Source: Octopus sinensis
Taxonomy: Eukaryota
Length of the DNA: 64,000 nt
Direction of reading: 5' to 3'
NCBI RefSeq assembly: GCF_006345805.1
Contig: NC_042997.1
Location: 128,712,001-128,776,000, forward strand
Below, in pieces: positions 27,149-39,772 of this stretch (its first letter is position 1; the number at the start of each line of letters is the position of its first letter). A program made the translations under genes and the position numbers. The notes beneath the pieces were generated by a model. The model saw nothing but the letters and a program-made list of their open reading frames with translations, was not told where the DNA came from and ran no database searches.

Positions 27149-28793
27149 TTAAGACAGTTCAGTGTAATATTCGAGAAATTTAGCTTTTAATTTTAGCAGT
27201 TAGCTCATTCTTCTAATCATCCCATCTTTTTATATATCAGGGACATTATCCAGTGTCTCCTTTAATACAGTAGGGTGTGATTTCATAGTGACTTAGCTGT
27301 TATTTCCAGAAGATCAGACAATCACGCAGATATTTCACCTGTAAGTCAGTAGATTCTGATAATGGCCACAGAAGAGATGGACTTTATGGCTGCAAGACAT
27401 TTGTGTGTTGTTAATTTACACTTATCTCTGATAGTGTGTTTCTTTGAACAGGCTTTAAGATTAATGAGATAATTTATGCTGATGCTATTTTTGTATGTGT
27501 GTGTTTGTATTCATCATATACTGATATATTAAGATTTCTGTCTTCATCTTGGTTATCATAATCATAAAGTTTTGACCATTGTTGAGAACAGAGACAAAAC
27601 AAGAGAGAGAGAGGGGGGAGAGAGATAGAGACAGTGGCAAGTATTACAGAATATAGGACAGCAAGTCTACAGTAGAGCTAACATCACTAAAATCAGCTTG
27701 GCTATTGCTGAGAAGTGAGAGACTCAAGTTAAGGAAGAAGTTGAGTGTTTATGACCACTCTCATCACCTTTGAAATTGTGATCTAGGTGACTGTTGTTGT
27801 ATACAGTAATGCTTTCATAATTTCAAAGTGAACCCTTTATTCGATCCATAGGAGTAAATTGTTGTCATTCCATTGTCTGGATTAAATAGGAGATACAGTG
27901 GTTTGTGAAGCGGGTGAGGTAGTTGTGTTTTGAGAGGCTTGTAAATATGTGTGTGGGTGATTTTGTATGCTGTAACAGCAATTGGAAGGCTGGATTTTTC
28001 TCGAATTGTGTGTATGGTGGGGGAGTATTGAGAGAGAGAGAGAGAGAAAGATAACAGAATGATATATAATGTGATAAATATTGTTCATATTTATATGTAA
28101 ATACACACACCCACACAAATAGGAAATGAGAATATAGATCAGGAGGTTTTGTTGAAGGATCATTGTGGAAACAAGGAGGAAGAAGAAAATCAAGAAACAA
28201 GGAAAGAGTGAAAGAGAAATAGCTATAATATTCAAATGTTGAAGTAAAATTTAGCTGACCAAGTGTAAGTATAAAAGGAAAGTGTGTGTAGAAACTACTG
28301 GCATACACAGACGCACACATAGACAAACAAAAACACATTTTTGCACATATACACACACTGGAGTGTGTAAACATGCATTTAGGATAGAAACAAGTCACAT
28401 GATCAAGCAAGTCAAGGAAGATATAAAGGTTGAGTGGTTGGGAAGAGATACAGTGGAGCCACTAATGATGGAACCCCCGTGAAAATGTCAACAAAACCTA
28501 GAGTTAAGTCTATTCCAGTAACAAAATATGAATGTGACTTGTTACAGAAAATTATAAAATTAGTCAGTAGGGCAGACCAACTGTCGGGGAGATGTATTAT
28601 CAGAACTCTATGTTCATCAAAAATGAAACATATGTTCATTTCAAATAGGGTTTGAAAATACCACCAAACTTCTTATCTTTCCTTCTCTAAGTGATTATGC
28701 CTGTCTTTGTAAACTCATTACAGCCTGCCCTATTTCCAAAAAGTGGGACCCTTTCAGATCTACTGGTAACTCTACTCTACGACCTTCTGGTAT

Positions 28794-28832
<39 letters not shown>

Positions 28833-28879
28833 AACTAAGTAGATACATCTATGATCAATAAAGCTGTTCCAGCCATAAC

Positions 28880-29200
28880 AATCACAACCTTCTTTAGGAC
28901 ATTGTGTATCCCAGATTATCTTACCTGACATGTCTGTTTCTTTTTATGATTGTTGGGTATAATATGAGGGAGATTTGGTTGCTATTTCTAGACGTGCAAT
29001 AAATCATATTTGAGGGTCCTCTACTAACTATATTGTTGTTTTTGTTCAACCCAAGCCCCCTTTGATCAAACAGACCAAAAGTATTCCAACCATGACCATC
29101 CCATTTACCTTCAGGTACACTATATCTTAGACTGTATTACCCTATGTGTCCTTCTTATAAGACAGTAGGCTGTAATTTGAGGGAGATTTGGGAGTTATTT
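28880..29200 (-). repeat. Two tandem family C copies
   Basis: tgagggagatttgg occurs at ~28966 and ~29178 with family C upstream motifs. Confidence 0.55.
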
Positions 29201-29700
29201 CAGTAACTGCACCTGTCTCATTGACAGCTGTTGTTTGGTGCTGGGTCCTGATGATTATTGGGTAAAGATTCGATTTAAATGTCGAACAGCTTCCCTTCTG
29301 CTTCTTATCATGAGAAAAACAAGAATGTTACAATATCTTCATAAGAGGAAAATTATTTAACTTTCATTAATGCTGACTTAACCACATAGTGGTCAATCAA
29401 ATAAGGTTGACCTAGATGAGATGCTGTGTTCAAGTCTTCTTGTCTTCAACATTCTGTTCCATTGCTATAAAAGTAGTCCTTGACATTAGCAATGTTGTGC
29501 CCTCAAAACTTGCCATTGCACCTTCCCTATCAATTACCTAACCATGACAAGGTCATCAGTTTCATTAAATCTAATATTGCCTTTGGTTAGTTCCTCATAA
29601 ATGTATGCTAAGTATATCTTTCGTAAAGCTCCTCCAACTTGATATGGCCCTAGAGCAGGATTTGTGTAATTTAAGAGTATATTTGGTCATTTCAATGTTT
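29200..29700 (-). mobile_element. Heavily decayed non-LTR reverse transcriptase fragment
   Basis: Minus-strand translation GPYQVGGAL...YIYEE...TDDLVMV resembles the RT PQG and YADD motifs at the expected spacing; many stops and frameshifts. Confidence 0.4.
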
Positions 29701-30402
29701 GTATGGTCAATTGACATAAGAAATAATTAAAGATAATATGATAGGATTAATGGTGTTACAGATTTATTTAAGTTCTCCACATTACAGAAATATGTTGTTG
29801 TTGTTGTTGTTGTTGTTGTGGTGGTGGTGGTGGTGGTGGTGTCAGCAGTAGCTGCTGCTGCTTCTGTTGTTTAGTTATGAAATCAGGCCTGGTCCACGAT
29901 AAAATACAAATCAACCATGATTTTTCCATTATTTTTCAAATGTAGTGTATCTAATCTGATATGTCCTTCATTTTTCAAAAATCATTAGAATGTGATTTGA
30001 GGAAATTTGGCTGATATTTCAAGCAGGTTGAATGGCTACATAGATGTTTTCTTGTTAGCTTGATGCGTGCTTCTGTATAAAGATATGAAGGCAAATAGTA
30101 ACATTAATATATTTCCTGTGATTATTAACAAAAGAGACAGAAAAGCAGCTGCTCTACATCTGAATTGAAACTTTGGCCTATTATCACAAAGATTCACACC
30201 AAAAAGCAGCTGTCACCAGACTAAACACAGATGCATTAGCAGATTCATCCAAAAGACGAAGTAAGCTGAAAATAAAGGTGTTTATTATAAGGATGATGTG
30301 ACTAATGAAAATGATAATGATGATGACAGCAGCAATGACTATGCTGCTGTTGTTAAAGGGATTATAATGACAACAATGATAGAAATATCATTATATATTT
30401 AT

Positions 30403-30445
<43 letters not shown>

Positions 30446-30559
30446 GACATATAGACATACTGACAAAAATATAGGTAAGAATTATTTGCAAAGTTAAACA
30501 TCTTTTATTGCTGTAAACAATTCTTAACAATGAAGTTATTCAGCAGATGTACAGGAGTA

Positions 30560-31200
30560 GTTCATAGTTGATCATCCATGAAACAAATTCTTTCAAATAT
30601 TTGGAGGGCTTTCTAGAAATAGTTAATAGCTTCTGTTACCTAGGTGACTGTATCAGTAGTAGAAAAAAGGTTTTCTGCAAGCATAGTAGTAACAAGACTA
30701 AGAACAGAGTGCTTACAACAAAAAGATTCTCTCTCCATTTTGTGGAGAAATGTTATACAATATTTCATGGTAGTGAAACATGACCATTAAGTGTGGAGGA
30801 TGTGCAAAGGTTGGACAGATGTGAAGCAAGCATGCTTTGCTAAATGTAAGTATGAATGGACAAAGGATCGCAAACAGGCTGAGAGAAGAACTGGTATGTG
30901 AGTAGTCAAATGTAGTATGCAAGAGAGAAGATTGAGCTAGTATAGATAAGTGATGCATATGCCAAGCAATAGAAATAGAAGGAAGCTGCAGGAGAAGTAG
31001 ATATGAGAAAAACTGGTGAAGGCTGATTGGGGAACCTCATTTTGAATTTGACAAAGAATCATAGCAAATGACAAGACACTTAGATGGAGAAAATCCATCC
31101 AGCTTAGGTAAGCATAGTAAAATGAATATAAAATTATGATGGTAGCAAGACATTGTTCTGGAGATGACCTATCCAGCCCAAACAAGCATGAAAAAAACAA
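30560..31200 (+). mobile_element. RTE LINE 3' ORF fragment
   Basis: ORF 30568-30783 LEIVNSFCYLGDCISS, then HGSETW- and QERRL-like motifs. Confidence 0.75.
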
Positions 31201-31452
31201 GCATAAAATAGTGATGGTGGTAGCAGCAGTGGTGATGGTAGTGACAATGATGATGATGATGATAAGAATGATGAAGTCATGTCAAAATTCCAAAGATTAT
31301 TCTTTTTCTTGAAACTAATATAAATGAATAAATGTTTAAACTATGTACACACACGTATTTCTTTTGTCATCCGTTGAGCTAATTTTTGACATTTCTTCAA
31401 ACTACTTGTAAAACTAAAATTCACTCCTTTTTATTCGTTTTTCTTCATATCT

Positions 31453-31600
31453 ATCATCGTCATCATCATCATTTAACGTCCTCTTTCCATGTTGGTATGG
31501 ATTGGGTGGTTTGACATGGAGCTGGCTAGCAGTGAGCTGTCCAGACTCCAGTTGAGGCATGGTTTCAATGGCTGCATGCATTACCTTACACCAACCACTA
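31453..31600 (-). mobile_element. Family D 3' end
   Basis: (cat)n-ttaacgtcc...ccagactccag motif. Confidence 0.6.
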
Positions 31601-31977
31601 AACAGAGACAGAGAGGAAACATAGCATATCATTAGGCCAGTGTGTTGGTGAGTGACAGTTTACCAGTTAGATTGCAGATACCATGACCTCTAAAGACCAG
31701 ACAATCCTTCCAATTGCTTCATTGCTTATTATGAATTATCTCCCTTACTTTTGGTTTTGTCAGCAGTATATGCCTTACTTTGATACTGGTATGGTCTCAA
31801 TGAATTAGAGTTATGCTGACTAAATTAAATATATTAACACTATACTAATTAGCTAACCTTTAGTTTAGATGTGTTCCAGAATGTCTGCATGTCTAACATC
31901 TGCTCCCTCCCTGTTATGTGTGGTATGCTAATGTGAAACACACTTGAGTTCTGTTGATTGTATGTTCAGTGCCAGAA

Positions 31978-32599
31978 TAGAGTGGAGTAAAAACCTACAG
32001 AATTGGTCCATAGAGCAGTGGAAGAATGTTCTTTTCTTGGACGAGCCATCCTTTACCTTATTTCCAACCACTGGCTGAGTATACGTGTGGAAACAGCCAA
32101 AAGAAGCATTTGATCCAGACTGCCTTCTTCCATCTGTTAAACAGGGAGGAGGATCTGTGATGATCTGGGGGTCTATATCTTGGAAATCCATCAGCCCAAT
32201 GGTTTCTCTTCATGGCAGAATTAATAGTCAAGACTATTTAAGCATTTTATCTGATCAAATTCATCCTATGTTTACAGAACTGTTTCCGGAGGGAAACGCA
32301 ATCCTTCAGGATGATAATGCACCAGTTCACACAGCTAAAGTTGTTACTGAATGACACGAGGAACATTCTTGTGAAGTTGAACATTTTATCTAGCCACCAC
32401 ATTTTAGAAAAACAAGTAAGGAGTCAATATCCTCCACCACCATCACTACAAGAACTGGAGACTGTTTTAGCTGAAGAATGGACAAAAATTCCTTTGGAAA
32501 CAATTCAAGCTGTAATTACCACCAAAAGTTATCCTACCCCATTTTAAAGTAAATTTGTTTGAAATTTTAAGATGTTTCTATTATTTTGTCCAACCCCTG
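31978..32599 (+). mobile_element. 5'-truncated Tc1 copy (same family as 24365-25615)
   Basis: WKNVLFLDE, KQGGGSVMIWG, LQDDNAPVH; one TIR at 32570-32599 followed by TA; ~40-bp deletion removes PDLNIIEHLW; about 95% identical to the full copy by eye. Confidence 0.92.
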
Positions 32600-33344
32600 T
32601 ATGTATATATATTTGTGTGTGAGTGTGTATGTAAGTGTGTGTGTGTTTGTATGTATGTACGTATGTATGTAGCATTCTGGAAATTTGCAATTCCAACTTT
32701 ATAATGAACATGTAGATGCCACATTTCTGCTTTATCTATAAAATGTAGGTGATACTGTCAGTGTTATGAGAGAACTACATTTATAAATCTTTCTGAACTA
32801 CAAAAGACATAAATAAGTTCAAGCGAGAAATTAATTATATTAAAGAATGTGCTGAAGGCTCTAACCTGAAGCTGTTGATATCCTAATTAACTTAAGCAAC
32901 TTAATTAGTAATGTACAGCTGTAGAATGTCTCACTTCAAATAAAATCAGCATTGTGTCATGCAATAGATGACATAGCCAAGGTGCCATGGGTTTAAGTAT
33001 TTGTGTGTGTGAGTGTGTGTCTGCCTGTCTGTCTGAGTGCATGTGTGCATGCATACGTGACTATCACATATGTATTTGTCTGAAAATTTGTCTCTATTTA
33101 TGTGTTTGTTTTATTGCCATGTGTCTGTGTGTGATGGTCTGATTGTGTGTATGTGTATATATCTAAGTGAATGTCCATCTCAGTGCATGTCAGTGTTTGT
33201 GTGTGTGTAATGTATATATTTGTATGTGAAGTAAGTGTTAACTTAATGTGTATCTGCTTGTGTATGTGAGTCTGTGTAGAATGTTTAGGGTTTGTAACTC
33301 TTTGACAGTTCAGTCTTGTGTTTCTTATGTTTTACCTGATCCAG

Positions 33345-33600
33345 TATAAATTGATGTTCAAGTTTGTTTTCCAACCTGTTCATACTACAGTAGGTGAGAT
33401 ACTGAGGCATTTTCTCATGATCAAGCAGACTTATAGATCAAGCCATTCCAACCATGAACATCCCAGTGATAATTTCAGAGATTGTGTATCTTCACCATAT
33501 TATCTAATGTGACGTTTTCCTCCTTTTAAGGCAGCAGGATGTGAGTTGAGGGAATTTGGTTGCTATTTTTAGCAGATGACTGACCCCTATGCATAGGCAT
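33345..33600 (-). repeat. Family C repeat
   Basis: gcagacttatagatcaag...ttgagggaatttggttgctatttttagcag. Confidence 0.55.
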
Positions 33601-33675
33601 TAATTTTTGATAGTTCTTGTAAGATATGATACATAAGGGAGATAAGTTAGTCAAATATTAATATATAGAGCATCT

Positions 33676-33889
33676 AAGGTGGTGAGCTGGCTGATTCGTT
33701 ACCAGACTGGGCAAAATGCTTAGCAGCATTTCATCTGTGCTTACATTCTGAGTTCCAGTTTCACTAAGGTTGACATTTTCCTTCATTTTTTTAGGGTCAA
33801 TAAAGTAAGTACCCGTTGAGCACTGGAGTCAATGTAATTGACACCCCCCCCCCGATATAGCTGGCCTTGTGCCAAAATTTGAAACCAAT
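33676..33889 (+). mobile_element. SINE family B with degenerate TSD
   Basis: Full head, core and tail; flanks atatagagcatct / atacagggcatct match 11/13. Confidence 0.8.
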
Positions 33890-33999
33890 ATACAGGGCAT
33901 CTTTGTTTCAAAATAGTTTCCGCGTCATGCTGATATAAATGCACATGTCAACTCACACGCATATTTTTAGCCAATCTAATCTAAACATGGCTATGTCAA

Positions 34000-34640
34000 A
34001 CTCCAGTATAAGCTGCAACTTCATTAATCTAAATAATTGCCCATTACATCATAAATGTAGGTTTAAAGATGTTGTGTACTAGGCTACTATAGGAAAACAA
34101 ACAACTTATCTACATCATTAATAGTGAAACACTTCAAATTACCATATATTCAGCATTTCTACACTTTGTTATATATAATTCAGAATAGATGGGATAACAC
34201 ATCGCTTTCAGACTTTATCTGGAATCTAGAATTGTAAACAATCAAGTTTAACTTTAATTGGAAAATACTCACCTCTGCGTAATCTTACACTAGCTACATA
34301 AAGCCCACAAAACTTTGTTCAATAGAGACCTTAGAAATTCTCTTTACTAAAATACTTTCTAACTGCCACACAGAACATATTTCATATTGAACACATAAAA
34401 CACTTCAACATTTCAGACCTATGATCTACCTGTGCAAAGTAATTATTCATTTTCCTCTATACATCTTATTCCATTTTACTCTATAAATTGAAACATTGTA
34501 TTTGATATCTGATATAACATCTATATTCTACCTATTAAACTTCCCTTTATTTCTCTCTTATTTGACTATTGTATTAAAGTGACAACTAATTATCAATTTA
34601 AACATTTTATAATTTTACAGCAGATAACCTATATTGTAGC
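34000..34640 (+). mobile_element. Penelope-like element 3' end (GIY-YIG endonuclease plus 3' UTR), decayed
   Basis: CNFINLNNCPLHHKCRFKDVVY*AT...FKLPYIQH...SLSDFIWNL...NWKILTSA*SY matches the PLE Cys motif and GIY-YIG domain pattern. Confidence 0.8.
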
Positions 34641-35336
34641 ATCTTTTTTGAACAGATACGACTGTATCAACATAGATACAATTATATATATTTATAATAT
34701 ATACATAATACTAATCATTTTATTACTATTAGCATTTTGTTAATAGCAATAGCAACACTGAAACAGCTTCAGATATTTATTACTTATACATCATACTAAT
34801 CGTTTTATTATTATTAACTTCATTTGTATCTAATTCATTAATCAGTTTATTAGTTTGTTGTAAGCATTGTTACCCTTTTCCTCTTCCCCAAGCTTACATC
34901 ATCATCATCAACATCCAATCCTGGTTTTACAAAACTATATTAGAATGAGGAATTTTTAAACAAACTTCTACTTAATGATTCTGTGAATGTTATTATTCTG
35001 TGTATTATTTCTTTGTTTCTTTTGCTGGTTTCAGCTATTGGATTGCTGCCAAAACTTTTAGTCAATTATATCGACGCCAGTATGTTTCCTGATATTAAAT
35101 CATTTTTCTCATTCGATAAAATATATAGCAGAGATAAGTCTTTTGGATATGAATACATGGAAATGATATCAGGAATTAAGGGGGTTAAGTAGGAGTTTTA
35201 CAAGTCCAACAGCTGTTTCTGGGGGCTTAGTGGTTCAAAGTAATGCTTGTTCAAATGTAACAGTTTTCACCACATGCTGATATAAACACAAACACACACA
35301 CACGCACACACGCACAACACATGTATGTGTATATAT

Positions 35337-36050
35337 CATCATCATCATCATCATCATCATTTAACATCCATGTTCCATACTAGCATGGGTTGGACAGTTT
35401 AACAGGATCTGTTGGGTTTGAGACTGCATTATGTCCCAGTGTCTTTTTTGACATGGTTTCTATAGCTAGATGCCATTCCTTATACCAGCTACTTTACAGT
35501 TTGTACTGGGTGTTTTTTTTTTCCTGGCACCAGCACATGTGAGGTACTATCCTGCAAGATTAAGATCCCTTTTGACTTAGCTGGACTAAAATAGATAGGG
35601 AGGTGGCTTTATGATATGGGATGTTGGGTTAAAGTAGGAGAGAATAGAACTGGGTTTTTTTCTTCTTTTTTTTTTGTTTGTTGTAAAGGAGCCACACAGT
35701 TATTCACAATATACAAGAAAGGGTGTGAGTAACCAGAGTAGAGCTGGAAAGAGATAAAAATAGTGGTGATATGGTGTCAGGGTTGGCTTTAAAGATTGTA
35801 TGCGAGTAGAAGTGAGTGGGGACAGGAGAACAGGAAGTGTGGATAGAGGTTGCAAGAGAGTATGGGAGAGTAATGGATGATTAGAGATAGGGAATAAGCA
35901 AGAGGATGAATATTATGAAGAACAACTTTTGAGAGATGATAAGTAAGGAAGAGAAGATAACAATTGTAGAAATTGGAAAGGTTGAAGGATTGGGGTGGGT
36001 GGAGGGGACAGTATTAAGAGAATTAAAGATGAATAGTAAATAAAATGGAT
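35337..36050 (-). mobile_element. Family D 3' end with purine-rich segment
   Basis: (cat)n tail, gctagatgccattcc motif, long GA-rich region. Confidence 0.6.
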
Positions 36051-36139
36051 CCAGTTAGTATGTGTGTGTGTTTATATCAGTTAGTAAGAAGGGTAATTGG
36101 TATGTATGTATGCATTTTGAAGTGATTCACATTAAACCT

Positions 36140-36260
36140 TATGTCTGGTTGTTTGTTTCTTGTAGCTTGGTATACAATGTCTCTAAGCTTGTATTCATGA
36201 AGTAATGGGCAATTATTTAGGTTTATCCAGTTGAAAGCCTACTGCGCTGGAGTTTGAAAT
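36140..36260 (-). mobile_element. Penelope-like fragment, inverted
   Basis: RC translates to INLNNCPLLHEYKLRDIVYQAT. Confidence 0.8.
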
Positions 36261-36693
36261 TATATATAAGTATGCATGTGTGTGTGTGCATCAATAAATG
36301 AATATGTGTATGTGTGTATTAAAATTTTGGATAAAATCTATATATGATTTTACCAGGTAGTTTGCATGTAATAAATAAAAATATACTTATATAGATATAT
36401 TGATAGATAGGTAGAGAGAGAGAGGGGGAAAGATATTAGAGACAGGTATTCTCTATAGAATACGCTTTGTAGTGCTCAAGGGATTTGGACTTGACCAGGT
36501 AGAGGAGTTATTGTAAGGACAAGCAAGTTAGGCAAGTTGATATACAAAAAATATTAATTACATTTAATACAAAAAATGTACATATGTATACATATAAAAA
36601 ATAGTTTGACTTACTCAAAATGGAAATGATATCAGGAATTAAGGAGGTTAAGTAGGAGTTTTACAAGTCCAACAGCTGTTTCTGGGGGCTTAG

Positions 36694-36881
36694 TGGTTCA
36701 AAATAATACTTGTACCTTGACTCCATCATCGGATACCACCAGCCTCCATCTTCAGGGAAGTGCATTTGACGTGTTGACAGAATGGAAATAAACTCTATTC
36801 TGTCAACACCTCAAATGTACTAAAGACAGAGGCTGGGGGTATCTAATGATTGAATCAAGTTACAAGCATTATTTTGGACCA
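36694..36881. mobile_element. Fold-back palindromic MITE-like element (Tc1-like ends)
   Basis: Arms pair over ~90 bp (inner 24 bp 22/24) around a 7-nt loop; ends resemble cagtggtccaaaataatgc. Confidence 0.7.
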
Positions 36882-37104
36882 TTGTTTTCCTTGGCTAACC
36901 ATGGAAAATATTACTTTGTTTGGGCAATAGGTGAGGGTTGGCTACAGGAATGCCATCTGTTCATAGAAAGTCTGCCTCAACAAATTCTCTCTGACCCTTG
37001 CAACTTTGGTAAAATGGAAGTTAAATGATGATGATGATGATATACCTATACATAGATACATATGTATGTGTGTGTGTATGCATATGTATTCATATTCTGT
37101 CTGC

Positions 37105-37790
37105 TCTAAACTAAACTTCATTGGCTATAGAAATTGCAGCTATATTAACCTAAATAATTGCACATTGCTTCATAAATATAAGCTTAAAGATATTGTGTAC
37201 CAGGCTACTGTAGAAACAAACACCTTATCAACATCATTAATGGTGAATTGCTCCAAATTACAATATATTCAGCATTTCTACACCTTATTATATATAAATC
37301 AGAATAGATGAGACAACACATCACTTTCAAACTTCATCTAGAATCTGAAATTGAAAACCATCAAGTCTAACTTTAATTGGCAAATACTCACCTCTGCCAA
37401 ATCTTAAACCAGGTACAAAAAAGCCTACTTAACATTGTAGAAGAGAGGGCTTAGAAATACTCTTTACTAAAATGATTCTTTGTAACCATCACTCGGCACA
37501 TATTTTATCTTGTCTGCATAGAAATATATAAAGTATTTTGATATATCAAACCCTTAGTCTACCCAAACACTTAGTACCTACATGTGCTACCTAATCTTCC
37601 ATTTTCCTGTTTATCTTATTCCATCTAACTCTATAAATTTAAACATTGCTTTTGATATATGACATAACATTTATTTCCCACCACCAATTGAACTTCTCTA
37701 TATTTCTCACTTATTTGACTATTGAACTTAAACTGAGAAGTAATTATCAGTTTGAACATGGTATTACTTTACATGACAAATTTACAGTAG
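37105..37790 (+). mobile_element. Penelope-like element 3' end, second long copy
   Basis: ORF 37006-37311 NLNNCTLLHKYKLKDIVYQATV; colinear with 34000-34640 through the 3' UTR. Confidence 0.8.
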
Positions 37791-38190
37791 ATAACTGGGC
37801 ATGCTTGGTGTGTGAAATGTGCTGCTGCATGGTAGCAAGACATGAAGATCAGAAAGAAATGAGGCAAGCATGCTTTGTTAGTGTGCATGAGTGACAAAGT
37901 ATAAATGAACTGAGAGAAAAACAGGTCATTCTAGGAATTAGATGTAGCATGTAAGAGACAAGACTGCAATAGTATGGGCATTTGATACAAATAGAGGACG
38001 ACTGTTGCATTGGCAATACCAAGCATTCAAATGAAATGATACTTGTGGAAGAGGGAAACTAAGGAAGACTTGGGATGAGGTGATAAAAATAATCTCAAGA
38101 TTCTACATCCGATAAAGTAGTTGACATAGGATTGTGTCGACTGGCAATATACTGTGGTTGAAGATTCAACCTCCTTTGCAAATTTGTTGA
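37790..38190 (+). mobile_element. RTE LINE 3' fragment
   Basis: catggtag...gcaagagacaagactg...acttgtggaagagggaaactaaggaagacttgggatgaggtg (TCGRGKLRKTWDEV). Confidence 0.65.
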
Positions 38191-39772
38191 AAGGCCAGCT
38201 AAAATAGTGGAGTAATATACACTTTCCAACTCATAGTTATTGCCAATGCTATAACCTCACATCTCTCCACAATCTCTTCTATTCACTGTACCTATTTTTT
38301 TTACATACCCCCTGTCCTATTCATCATACCTAGACACTCATAATTAGGAAAAAAGTATCTGACCTGCTCATATTGAATACCCTACTTTCTCTATGCCTGT
38401 TATACAGAATATCTTCTCTGTACATATGTCTAGATTTCATCTAAATACAAGCATATTGTACTTAATAATACTCCTAATACTTTTACATCCTTGTATAAAT
38501 CATCTCAATATTACTGAAACATATTTTTTTCATTTTGTAACTATAATTTACTTTATTCTTTCCCCTCCAAATATTTCCACCAACTTTTCAATCTTATACA
38601 ATAAAACACAGAAAAAAACTACTAAAATTTGTTAATTCTCCTATTAGTCCTCACCTTATAACCTGAAAGCTATACTAATTTCAATCTTACATTTTATATT
38701 ATATATCCAAATTTTACATTAAATTGCCAACACAATTTCTCTTTAGCACCACAGCATCTTTTCCCTCACTCATTACCTGTATTAGCAATTTATTTCTTCC
38801 TCCACTTCTCACTTTTCTGACCTTTGTTACATAACATTTAACCTCTAAAACAACCCTATGACAATTAATTTTATGCTTTGAAAACACCAATATCCATTTT
38901 ACATTTTATATTATACATTCAAATGTTACATTAGATAACCATCATAATATCTTTCATACAATAATATAGATGTCCCAAATCTTATATCTTGACCTTTGCC
39001 ACAAAACCAACTTTTCCAAATGTAAAATCCATTGACAAATGTACTAATAACCAACTTGAAATTTTAAATATTAATATAATTACACTAACAATTACCACCC
39101 TCACATCTTCCTCTGGTACATGTTACAATGTATTTCCCTAACTTTATATCTCATGCAGATATCTCTTTACAAAGCTAAGCATTATGCACATTATAACATA
39201 ATATGCCTTTTATTAAACAACCAAATCAGTTTCATTAGGTTACTTCCTTATCATCTTAATAAGTCACTTTGTATCAAATGTAATTTCATTATTACTACCG
39301 ACTGTCAATGAATCTTTTCCTCCATTTTGCATGAGACGATACATATTCAAACAATTCCACATTTTGCCCAAACTTACTAAATTTTCAGAGTTATACCATG
39401 CCTTTGATATAACACCGATCTACAGTTTGCTATATACCTACAGACAAAATAATACATTACAAGGAAATTATTCTCTTCAGTTTGTGTAACACATTTTCTT
39501 AAATTATCTCTTAATTTCCTATAGTAAATTCAATATGTTCTGACTCTTTATAAAACAGATTTCTTTCATTCCACCTATCTAATTACTACCCTGATAAATG
39601 CACATTCCTAAATATACATACATTTATTTTCATTAACTTGAAAGTTTCTTTGACTTGGAGCTTGTTTGTAACACTCTTTCTTTCTCTCTCTCTCTCTCCC
39701 TCCCTCCCTCCCTCCCTCTCCCCCTTGCTCTCCCTCTCTCTTTCCCTCTCTCTCTCTCACACACACACACAT

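Noticed and set aside
28449-28655. TA|cagtgg start (Tigger/pogo-like) and 73-aa ORF
   Set aside because: No partner TIR and no transposase motif.
32845-32885. Hammerhead-like ctgaaggctctaacctgaagctg near the Penelope nest
   Set aside because: Lacks the CUGANGA and GAAA core nucleotides; a manual scan of both strands found no intact hammerhead.
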